Origin: Rhynchobatus australiae
Lineage: Eukaryota
Reading direction: 5' to 3'
NCBI GenBank assembly: GCA_034780895.1
Contig: JAUZTB010000071.1
Span: 4,501,387-4,565,386 of the forward strand
DNA: 64,000 nt
Shown: positions 50,758-61,230 of the stretch, piece after piece
How positions within the stretch are numbered: position 1 is the stretch's first letter
How the letters are laid out: each line of letters starts with the position of its first letter
Made by a program: the position numbers and the translations under genes
The notes under the pieces: model-generated
The model's input: only the letters and a program-made list of their open reading frames with translations
Database searches by the model: none
Told to the model about the DNA's origin: nothing

Positions 50758-51789
50758 NNNNNNNNNNNNNNNNNNNNNNNNNNNNNNNNNNNNNNNNNNN
50801 NNNNNNNNNNNNNNNNNNNNNNNNNNNNNNNNNNNNNNNNNNNNNNNNNNNNNNNNNNNNNNNNNNNNNNNNNNNNNNNNNNNNNNNNNNNNNNNNNNNN
50901 NNNNNNNNNNNNNNNNNNNNNNNNNNNNNNNNNNNNNNNNNNNNNNNNNNNNNNNNNNNNNNNNNNNNNNNNNNNNNNNNNNNNNNNNNNNNNNNNNNNN
51001 NNNNNNNNNNNNNNNNNNNNNNNNNNNNNNNNNNNNNNNNNNNNNNNNNNNNNNNNNNNNNNNNNNNNNNNNNNNNNNNNNACCACAAATAAGAGAAATA
51101 AGAGTTCAGGCAAGGTTCCTTTTGTAAGCAAATCAGTCCCAGTGGAGATGAGTGATCACAGCCAGTTGCTTGACTCATACCTCCTTAAAAGTCTGTGCAA
51201 GCCTGCATTTCAGTGTACATAAAGAATGAATTTACCATAAAGTATATTCTCCAATGCTTGACTGATAAACATAGAGTAGAAAGGAGGGCAGTAATTGCAA
51301 AAAGAAAATTATGAGTAGTTGACAAATCCAAGGCTATTAGGACTTGAGTTCCTTTGCAGAAGGGTGAAGAGCAGCAAGAGGCACTCAAAGATAAGTCGGG
51401 CATTGCAATTTGATGCCATTTCAAGGAATCATGAGCATGGACAAAGCAACAATGATTTCATAATGAATGGAGTTAACTGTCAACAAAAGGAAATCCTCAA
51501 AAGCTTTTCACAAAAGCAGCAATATCTAAAATAAAAAGCTGGAGAACTACTGGAGGAATTTTCTTTCCTGGTAAGAAAGTAGCCTGGTGAGCGGTCAGCC
51601 CATTTGAAGGTAACAGTGGGATGCTCAGCCGATTTCAATAGCTGAGCACTAGAAGTGCTGCTTGCTGATTTTCTGGCCAAGGTTAGGGAAATGGACAATT
51701 GAAAGGTCATAAAACCCCCACCATGGTGCTCAGGTAAGGGAGTAGAAAGGAGGTCTGGTGGGGATCATTGGGAGTTAATATGCATTACA

Positions 51790-52735
51790 GTAATAATGAA
51801 GAGGGTAAACCAGATGTTGGTTTTTATTGCTCTAAGATATGAGTATCAGATTGAATACACGTTGATGCAATTAGAAAATATTTTGAAGTTTAACCTGGAA
51901 TTTTTATTTAAAGATCTGGTCCCTCTTCCTAAGGAAGGATATACCTATCAAAGTATACCTATCTAATTCTGTTTATGCAATGACAGTTCATCAGGTTTAT
52001 TCCTAGCTTTGTGGATTTGCCCTATGAGGAAAGGTTAAGCTAACTGGGTCTTTACAAAGTTTATAAGAACAAAAGGTGATCTCAGTGAAACATACAAAAT
52101 TCTGAAGGGGCTTGACAAGATAGAAGCAGGGATATTGTTTCTCTTGGCTGGGGTGTCTAAAACCTGGTTCAGGCTAAGAGTTTTAACATTTAGGACAGAT
52201 AAGAAGACATTTCTTCAACCAAAGGAAAGTGAATCTTAGGAATTCACTACCTGGCAGAGCTGTGGAGGCTCAGCCAATTAGTATATTCCAGACAGAGATT
52301 GATAGATGTTTGGAATCAAGAGAGAGGTTAATGCAGGAAGGTGGCACTGAGGTAAAAAGTTGTTCATGATTTTATTAAATGACAATAAAAATGGGGAGTG
52401 AAATAGCCTACTTATTCCACTTTATATGTTCTTAATTTAGTGAAACTGATAGAATTTTGAGGAAAATTGACTGAGTATAGGTTGATGGGGTATTGAGAAC
52501 AAGGGGGCTTACATTTAGTATAAAGGTTCGCCATTTAAAACTGAACTGAGGAGGAGTTTCTTCAAAGGGATGTGAATTTTTTGAATTCTCTGTCTCAGAG
52601 AACTAAGGAGGCTGAGTAATTGAATATATTCAAGGCTGAAATAGATTTTCAAACCATAGGGGTGTCATGGGTTGTGCAGCTTAGACAGCAAAGTGGATTT
52701 AAGGCCAAGATCAGATCAGCCATGGTCCTATTGTG
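51790..52735 (+). mobile_element. Two adjacent CR1 3' ends (~51790-52435 and ~52435-52735)
   Basis: ggtgatctcagtgaaacatacaaaattctgaaggggcttgac; aagatcagatcagccatg. Confidence 0.75.
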
Positions 52736-52899
52736 AAAGAAGAAACTGAATGCTGGAAATAGGAGACATAAGACTGATTAGCTGATTATATGAAATTGTT
52801 GAGTTCACTGTTGTGTCTCAGATTCAATAATTGAATTCAGAAAATTCATTTATTTCAGCAGTTTTGGACGATCAGCCATTTTGGTCATGTATCTCACAT

Positions 52900-53228
52900 T
52901 TCCAGTGTTGAGATTTTTTTCACTCTCTTTTGGTAGTTTCAGATTTTGTTTGACCCATGCTACTTGCACCTCTGCACACACCTCGTTATCGGCTCTTCAG
53001 TCATTCAACTTATCTGCTTGTTACCTTATCACAGACCTTCCTTTATGTTACCTCTGCTCCCTCCCACATTTCTCTGCAACTTAAAACTTTCTACTTTTTC
53101 TACCTTTTCCAAGTTCTACTGAAATGTCATGGACATGAATGGGTTAACTCCCTCTCCCCCTCCCTCTCCCACCCCAAATGTGTACTGACCTGCTGAGTAT
53201 TTCCAACATTTTCTGTTCTATTTTGGAT
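52900..53228 (+). mobile_element. Penelope pseudo-LTR (with an inverted fragment at ~52735-52830)
   Basis: ctctgcaacttaaaac...tgacctgctgagtatttccaacattttctgtt, collinear with 4220-4440. Confidence 0.7.
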
Positions 53229-54839
53229 GCATTGAAGACATCGCTTTTATCTAAGCCATTATGTATTTTCACTCCCTACAAAATCAATATCTTTTCTATA
53301 CTTATCCCATTGAACCTTTTCATTATCTTATCACATTGACCTCCCTCCTCTTTTTCTAGAGCAAATAATCATATCATGTTCGTTCTTTCCTGATAGTTGT
53401 AAACTCTGTTCCAGTATCATTCTTGTAAATCATTCTGCATCTTTTCTAGAGATTTATAAACATTATGTAATATAGAGGTCAGAACTGTGCACAGTATTTT
53501 CAATGTGGCCCAACATGTAGCGATTCACAGACAGAAGTCTTACTATGATTACTAATTTGAATGTTGAATTGATTGCATAGACCTTAGTAATTCTTGCAAA
53601 GCTGTTTCCCTGATGTCACCAGAATTCAGTTTTAAACAAAACTATCAGAAAATCGGTTGATTGATTTTTTTTACATACAATTTAAATACTTTAACAAATA
53701 TGTTTTTAGGGGTATTGATGATGAGAGTTTTAAAGAAACATCTGGTTGAGCAGTGTTATTTTTCTACTTGTGTTTTGCCTGCTTAAAAATGGTGCTGTTT
53801 ATATTAAAATTGTATATTTTTCCAGTAGTTTTTTTCTGTTTTTAAAAAAAGCTTTATTTTATCTCTTGAAAGAGAGCTCTTGTCCTGTGGTTAGTCCATT
53901 AGAGCCTGGTATAAATCTCCATGTATGTGGTCAGTGTAACTGTTTGATTGCTTCAACAGGAAACCAGCATGAGAACTATAACCGTAGGTTCCTCCAGGTC
54001 AGTTTATTTTTGCCCACAGTCTGGGTACAAAATACCTTGAGAGCAAATCACAGACTTGAATAACAGGAATTTCAAATCTCTTTTCTAAGCAATAAAGTTT
54101 CCAGAAGAAGTTTCAAATTATTTGTGATAAACACACAGCATTTTCACGTAGCACGGGAGGATCAGAGATTGCTCAGGGCAGTAAGTTTTCAAGTTTCCAT
54201 GTTCCACCTACTCCAACAGTTGAATGCTAAAGTGTACTGGGTGGGTGTGCTGACATTTCGAACTTCCTTAGTTAACTCCACAAGGAAATGGCAGTTGCTC
54301 TGGGAAGGGAAATGACAATTTTGAACAAAATAACACCCGGCACAGGGAAGAGTGTGATGGTGGACTTAAAGGAAGTTGTGGCATGTACAGCTCCGGTTGT
54401 AGGGCTGACTGAAAAGACGAGTTTGTTTTGACATAATATGCTCAGTTTACTAATTTACTTAAATATTCACAAAGTAGTTATGATGATTTAATCATTGGTT
54501 GTCGTCAATATTTTAAAAAATGTATCCAATAATCTTCATCAGTCTATTGTGACCATTCTGCTGTTATTGATTCTATTAGTATGTTGTCTCTGTCACATCA
54601 TAAGCTTTTTCATGGTGTCTTGTGCCTTCATAGTTTCAATGGTTCATCTTAAAGCCCTGTTGTTTTTCTGGCCAGTCTTAAGCTCTGCTTATTGATTGCA
54701 TATTGTGACTTTCAGCAGTTGGTATAAGGCCTGATTTTTTTTTAAAAATTGAAGCCTCAGTTTTTACCAATAGTTTGTCCAAATCCAGCTTTGTGACCAT
54801 TTATACTCTGGTTCCTCCCCCCCCCCCACCTCCACCCCT

Positions 54840-55980
54840 GCCATAAAACAACTGAGATTGCTCTGCTATTCAGCAATATCGTGCTGATCTGATACTCGAT
54901 CACTCTGCCATCTGATTCCCATAATTCTTGATGTCCTGTTCTTCAAAAACTCTGTCACTCTCTAATTTATTTTGTATCTACGATGCTATGAAATAGAATA
55001 TTGCAAAAATTCACAACCCTCAGAGGAGTTGAGCCCTTTTATTTCAGTTTTAAGTGGCCAACCAATTATCTTGAGATGATGCTCCTAATTCTGAATTTCT
55101 CCTATTACCATCTATGTTAATTAAACTCCTTCTGAATCTTCCAGAGATTGCCTCCTATTTTCCTGGACTAATTTTGCTCAGCTTTTCTTCATAGGTCAGT
55201 CCCCTCAACACAGGAATCAATGTAGTGAATTCTGGCTGCACTCTCTCTAAGACAAGTATGTCCTTCCTCATAAAGAGACTTTATGCTATACTCCATGCGA
55301 GTTCTCATCAGAGCCCTTCACTCTTGAATCCTATTACTCTTACAGTAAAGAGAACAATTCTGTTTTCTTTCCTAATTAGTTGCTTTATTTGCTAGTTTTG
55401 TATTTCTTGTAGGATCTCCCTATTAGATGTAGATTTAAGTTTCTGCATTTCTGTTCTTTTGGCCAAAATGGATATCTGCACGCTTCCCATTTGTCCTTTT
55501 TTTGTCACTCACTTTAACTTGTGTATACCCCAATAGAGATTCCTTGTGTTCTACACTTTCTTTGTTCTGTCAGCAAACTTAGGCTTGTTTCCTTCATCTA
55601 AGGCATGGATATAGCTTACAAATAACTAAGCCCAGCACTCGGGCACCCCATTAATTACAACTTGCCAAATTGAAAATATCTCTTTAACCCTACTGATTAG
55701 AGAAACAAAGGTTTGCAGATGCTGAAATCTAGATGACAAAAAACAAGAAGATGCTGGAGGAACTCAGCAAGCCAGGCAGCATTCGTGGAGAAAAACAGAT
55801 GGCCGATGTTTCAAGTCAGGACCCTTCTTCTGGACAGGAGAAGGGTCCTGACCTGAAATGTTTACTGTTTTTCTCCACGGATGCTGCCTGTCCTGCTGAG
55901 TTCTAACCTTACTGATATCTGCTTGTCATGCTGAACCCCATGAACCCTTATATTGTGCAGTAACTTTCTTGTGTGGATTG
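54840..55980 (-). mobile_element. Old CR1 3' portion hosting a palindromic Penelope-derived insert
   Basis: gtcagcaaactt (KFAD), gcccagcact...ggcacccca, and a 3' UTR-like start at ~54845. Confidence 0.65.
55698..55903. mobile_element. Palindromic Penelope-derived mini-element
   Basis: Arms gaactcagcaagccaggcagcattcgtggagaaaaacag...tttcaagtcaggacccttct and agaagggtcctgacctgaaa...ctgtttttctccacggatgctgcctgtcctgctgagttc. TSD taaccctactgat (55685-55697) / taaccttactgat (55904-55916). Confidence 0.88.
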
Positions 55981-56622
55981 CATGATTTTTTGAATTATTA
56001 GTACCAGGTTTTCTTTGAAACACTGATTTTTGATTCATCTGTTTTTCTGTTCTTAGTTAGAACTACATGTCCATACTCCAAAGGTTCATTTGACATTAGA
56101 CATGGTAAGTTGGACATAATTCTTTATTCTGTGGAACATTTAGTATCTAAATAAAGGATTAGGACTAATTTGGTTCCTGATGCTTGAATAATGTTTTTAT
56201 TTTGTTGCAAGGAACAGCAAAAAAAGATCAGAATGAAATTAATTGAAAAGATGAAATGATCTATAGGAAGCCCGCATATTATACAACTTTAAAAATTCTG
56301 TACATGTACAGTTTTTTAAATTAAAAGGCAGCTCAGGATTTGGGAGCATTGTATATTTTAATTATGTGTTGGGTATGGAGGGCTGATAAGCAAGTTCTTT
56401 ATCTGTTTCTGATCACTCTTCCCCTTTACCATCTCCTTAATCTCATATTTGTGATCACCTGAGGCCCAGATTCTGACTCTGATTTCCTGAAGTTTACAAT
56501 GCTACTGTCCCTCTGATTTACTTTGAGACCATGATCTCCCTTTTCCCCCTCCCCATAACCCCTAATCACCATCTGAATTCCTGCCAAACATACAGCCAAT
56601 CAACCTGTGCCCTATATTGTTT

Positions 56623-56853
56623 AGAACATAGAAAAAACATAGAAAAACTACGGCACAATTCAGGCCCTTCGGCCTATAAAGCTGTGCCGAACATGTCCCT
56701 ACCCTAGAAATTACTACACTTACCCATAGCCCTCTATTTTACTTAGCTCCATGTACCTATCTAACAGTCTCTTGAAAGACCCTATCGTATCCGCCTCCAC
56801 CACTATTTCCGGCAGTCCATTCCACGCACTCACCACTCTCTGGGTAAAAAAAC
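56623..56853 (-). mobile_element. Young 5'-truncated CR1 3' end
   Basis: Tail agaacatagaaaaaacatagaaaaactacggcacaattcaggcccttcggcc; ccattccacgcactcaccactctctgggtaaaaaa; CpGs intact. Confidence 0.9.
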
Positions 56854-57214
56854 TTTCCAGTTTAAAGGCAGCTGTTAAGCTTACTATTTTCTGCCCTAAT
56901 ATTTTCTATTATGGCTCAATGGAAGAATTTTCTTTAATACCATACCTGAAAAATATTGTGCTCTGATTACAGAGATTTCTCTTGATGGAGACTCCAATCT
57001 CCACACCTGCCCTCCTGTGCCACGTCCCCTCCCCAACTGATTCCAGGCCCCAATCCTTTGCAAATACTCTTCTTGACCCCAATGTTTCTTTAAGGCACCA
57101 TCCTACTCTTGGGGACTTATCTCACTTGGTGACCTAACCTGAGAATTTCTTGATATCTGCTTCCTGTAATAGATTGATAACATAGATATATTGTGTCTTC
57201 AACATAGGACATTG

Positions 57215-57780
57215 ACTCACAATATTTTTCAGGTATGGTGTCAAAGAAAATTCTTAAATTGAGCCACATAAGAAAATATTAGGGCACAGCTTTGTGGGTC
57301 GAAGGGCTTGAATTGTGCCATAGCTTTCTATGTTTCTAAAATAGTAGGCTTAACAGCTGCCTTTAAACTGGAAACAATATAGAGAGAGCATTAGAGAGGG
57401 ATTTCTACTGTACGATTCTTGGCAATTAAAAGAGTCATTATTGAGGGAAGTGTTAAAATTAATGACACTTAAGAGACTAAAACTGGACGACTTTGGAAGG
57501 GGCTATGGGTTTGTAGTTTGGAGGGAGTTACACAGAGAGAGGTAGGGTTGAGGCTATGGATAGATTTGAAAGCAAGGATGAGAATTTTAAAATCAAATTA
57601 TGGCCAGAGTCATGGTAACTGGTAAATACAGATGTGATGGAGAAACTGGTCTGGGTGTGAGCTAGAAAATGGACACACATTTTGGATAAATGCTGATGGA
57701 GTGCAGAAGACAGGAAGCTGATCGTGACTAGTTGTGCTGAATAAATAAAGGTCTTTGCATTTTGGGAATGCTAGATTGTG
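57215..57780 (-). mobile_element. Old L2 3' end with nested 51 bp CR1 tail (57287-57337, +)
   Basis: gagccacataagaaaatattagg; ggagggagttacacagagagaggtaggg...aggctatggatagatttgaaagcaaggatgagaattttaaaat. Confidence 0.75.
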
Positions 57781-57999
57781 GAGGAACTGAAGGACTCAAT
57801 GTTTTTTTGGACTTTTGTATGAAAGATGACGAGCAAGTAATTTAAGATTAAGCTTTGATAAACAGTAAAACTCCATTATTCTGGCATACTTGGGGCTTTG
57901 GTGCCAGAATATTGGATGATATTCCAATTAAATCTCCCACTACTTTTAATTCACTTTTTTGTTAGATGTTGCACTGTAATATAAATTTTCCAGTAAACT

Positions 58000-58300
58000 T
58001 GGTAGTTTTAAAGGGAATGTGGGAAATGGAGCCCTGGTGAATTTTGTGGGAGCACGAGGAAATGAACCTGGTGAGTTTCAAGGTAGTAGGTGACACAGGC
58101 CCAGTAAATTCAAAGGGATCGTGGGAAACATAATCAGCTGAGTTTAAGGGGTGCACGGGGAAATGGGCCTGACTAAGTTTAAAGAGAGCAGGGGGGAAAC
58201 TGACCTAGATGAGTTTTAAGGGCGTGTGGGAACTGGGGCCCTGCTGTGTTTCAAGAGACTGTGGGAACTGGGGCCTCGCTGTGTTTCCACAGAGTACAGG
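58000..58300. repeat. Degenerate minisatellite, ~9 units of ~33-35 bp
   Basis: Recurring unit approximately tgagtttcaagggagcgtgggaaatggggccctg; the last units are the most similar to each other. Confidence 0.75.
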
Positions 58301-59191
58301 AATGAGCATCCAATGAACCAGATGCTGAACCACTGGGATTTCTGAACAATCAGATAGTGGATTCTTGCAATTTTACTGTAGTTTATGGAACATGTCAGCA
58401 GTATTTAGTTACTAAATTTACGTACATAACTGATTATGAATTTTAAATAGATTTTGCTAGTTATTGACTTGACATGTCAATATTTTTAACCATAATTTAT
58501 GATATGGATAAAATAAATATAAGCATGGCTATGTCTCTTTAATTCAGTTCATTTTTAACCAGCTTCAGTTAGGATAAACTATGCTCATCCTCTGTTATGA
58601 GACTGGATTAAAGCAGTGTAACTTCAATACTTTTAATACTTTGAATAGGAATCTGTATAATGAACATCCTAATCTTCAAAGTGCATCACATTATGTTTTC
58701 CTTGAGGTGTATTTTGTTGTTACTATGGCATATAATGGAAAGTATCTGAAAATACAGAAGAGTATTAACATTATTCGTATTGGATGATAGGAATTTGTTC
58801 ATTGGGATTGATAACTTTAAATGGTGGTTTTACAATCATTTAGATGGAGTGATTTTTAAAGCACATGAAATGATCCGACTAGGAAGTGAACTCTTGATTC
58901 TTTCTGAAATGTTGAAATCTGTTTAGTATTATATTTTGAAAAGCATTCTGAAGATTATTTTTTATCATTTAAACTAAAAGCCAAATGCCATATTAAGTAC
59001 TCTTGTTATTGCAAAACAGAATATGAGCGCATATATAATAAGGAAGCAATATTAACTGGTATGACATATGCTGTACATCTATCTTAAGCTAAGCTGGCAA
59101 AATGACATCAAAAATACAAGTAAACATAATCATGATTTCTAATATATTATTACCTTTTAGTAAGATAGGCATTTGGTTAAGTATGATATAC

Positions 59192-59193
<2 letters not shown>

Positions 59194-59226
<33 letters not shown>

Positions 59227-59360
59227 GNNNNNNNNNNNNNNNNNNNNNNNNNNNNNNNNNNNNNNNNNNNNNNNNNNNNNNNNNNNNNNNNNNNNNNNNN
59301 NNNNNNNNNNNNNNNNNNNNNNNNNNNTATATATCGTGTGTGCGTGTTTATGTGTGTTTA
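59194..59360. repeat. (GT)n/(AT)n microsatellite spanning a gap
   Basis: Direct reading on both sides of the N-run 59228-59327. Confidence 0.9.
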
Positions 59361-60336
59361 TACATAGCTTGAAATTTCAATAGACCATACCTGGGCAATC
59401 TGCTGTTAGTTTATTCATTTTTATGTGGCATATGTTAACATTCTATAATGGACTACTGATTTGGAGGGAAGTGTTTATATGACACCAACCACACAGGCCA
59501 TACATTTTACAGTATACTTAATAGAGATTATGGAGTCAGTTCTGTTCTTTGATTCCCAAGCAGCAGTTGGATGGAATACCTTTGACAAAAGGCAAATGGG
59601 ATGTGGAGTAATAGTTTGTAAGAACAGTGTTTTTTATTGAATAGGGTGGTAATGGCTATTAAGAAAATGTTTGAGTGGGAGGAGAACATTGCCTCAGAAA
59701 TAAATGTTACGTGATAAATTGGATGATTAGTAACTTAAACAATTGGATAGGGAAATTTGAAGTGGTTTGGGTGGGAAAATGGATTTGAGGCATAGGATCA
59801 TCCATGATCTTAATGAAGAACAGCCATGATGAGCTCTGTGATCTACTCCTTAGAAGCTCAGTGAGGATACTGACAGAGAAGGGAGAGGAGTGAATTCAGA
59901 ACAATGGAAGGAGCTGGTGGACAAGCCCTTGGGGTAAAGAGTTGGCCTGGTGAAAATGGGGAAAGCAGCTGAGGCACTTGTTGAGAGACCAAAAAAAACA
60001 GGTAGCAGATAAGAGAAAGATAATAGGAGCAAAGAAACCAGAATCGTGGAATCATTGTAACATAGAAGGCTGCCATTTGGCCCATAATATTAGCGCCAGC
60101 CCTCTGAATCAAGTACATCCTCCAGAGGGCTGAAGATTTTCATACCTTTAAATATTTATCCAAATCCATTTTAAAAATTACAATTAAAGACTTTCACCCA
60201 GTACACTTTAGAGAGTAACCACTTGCTGCATGAAGCAAAGCTTTTCCAAACATCATCCTTGGATCTTTGGCCAATCACTTTAAATCTCGAATCTTCTGGT
60301 CTGTAATGTTTTTACTAATGGGTAAAGGTTCTCTCC

Positions 60337-60441
60337 ATTTGCTCTATCTAACCTCATCAGAATTTGCTCTATCTAACCCCGTCAGGATTTGCTCTATTTA
60401 ACCTCATCAGAATTTGCTCTATCTAACTCCATCAGGATTTG
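60337..60441. repeat. Tandem repeat, 4 x 25 bp plus partial, ABAB pattern
   Basis: atttgctctatctaacctcatcaga / atttgctctatctaaccccgtcagg / atttgctctatttaacctcatcaga / atttgctctatctaactccatcagg. Confidence 0.95.
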
Positions 60442-60532
60442 ATACTCTCTCCTCTCAAACATTTCTCCTCCAATGAGGAGCAACTGCGACTTCTCTAGTC
60501 TGTCTTCATAATTGAAATCTCTCATTTATAGA

Positions 60533-60746
60533 AGCACGCACAAAATGCTGGAGGAACTCAGTGGGTCAGGCAGCATCTATGGAGGGAAATGAACAGTCGA
60601 TGTTTTGGGTTGAGACCCTTCACCAGTCCTGATGGCTCTCGACCTGAAACATCGACTGTCCATTAGCTGCCGGACCCACTGAGTTCCTCCAACATTTTGT
60701 GTATGCTGCTACAGATTTCCAGCATCTGCAGTCTCTCTTGTGTGCC
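60533..60746. mobile_element. Palindromic Penelope-derived mini-element with two opposed hammerhead remnants
   Basis: Arms cacaaaatgctggaggaactcagtgggtc...acagtcgatgttt and aaacatcgactgt...gacccactgagttcctccaacattttgtg. Perfect 12 bp TSD ctcatttataga (60521-60532 / 60747-60758). Confidence 0.9.
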
Positions 60747-61029
60747 CTCATTTATAGATCTATTCCAGTATATCTAATCTGAATGTTCTCTAAGGTCTTT
60801 ACCCTAAAGTGCAATGACCAGAATTTTAAGCAGTACTCTAATTGTGGCTCATCTTTGTCTAAAAGACCAACAAATTGTGATTTTTTTTTTGTAGCTCAAG
60901 GCCCCTTATGCTTTTTTAACTGTTAAATTCAATGCTCTTACAATCACTGAGAGTTATCTTTGGTTTCCAGAATGTTCCTGTACAATATCACTCAAGGCCC
61001 TGGAATAACAAAAAAAAACTATATTTATT

Positions 61030-61230
61030 TTCAAGAAATGAGCATTGCAATGAACCTTGCATATATTACCCAACCCTGAATGCTCTTTAAAAGCTGGTGG
61101 TGAGCCACCACTTTGACACTTTGATCTACAGTTCTGAATACTGAAGGTACTTTCACATTGATACAGGGTGCTAAAGTTTTATTGACAGTGATGGAGGAAT
61201 GATGCTGTTTATAAGTCAGGATAATGGGAG
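61030..61230 (-). mobile_element. 3' UTR of CR1/L2-group LINE
   Basis: tattacccaaccctgaatgctctttaaaagctggtggtgagcc is the reverse of the 9300-9340 motif. Confidence 0.55.

Larger units (their letters stand above)
60045..60930 (-). mobile_element. Old CR1 3' end hosting a 25 bp tandem repeat and a palindromic insert
   Basis: Tail agaatcgtggaatcattgtaacatagaaggctgccatttggccca; gaccagaattttaagcagtactctaattgtggc. Confidence 0.7.

Noticed and set aside
58000-58300. CRISPR-like periodicity (also 60337-60441)
   Set aside because: No constant repeat with unique spacers, no cas genes, and vertebrate context.
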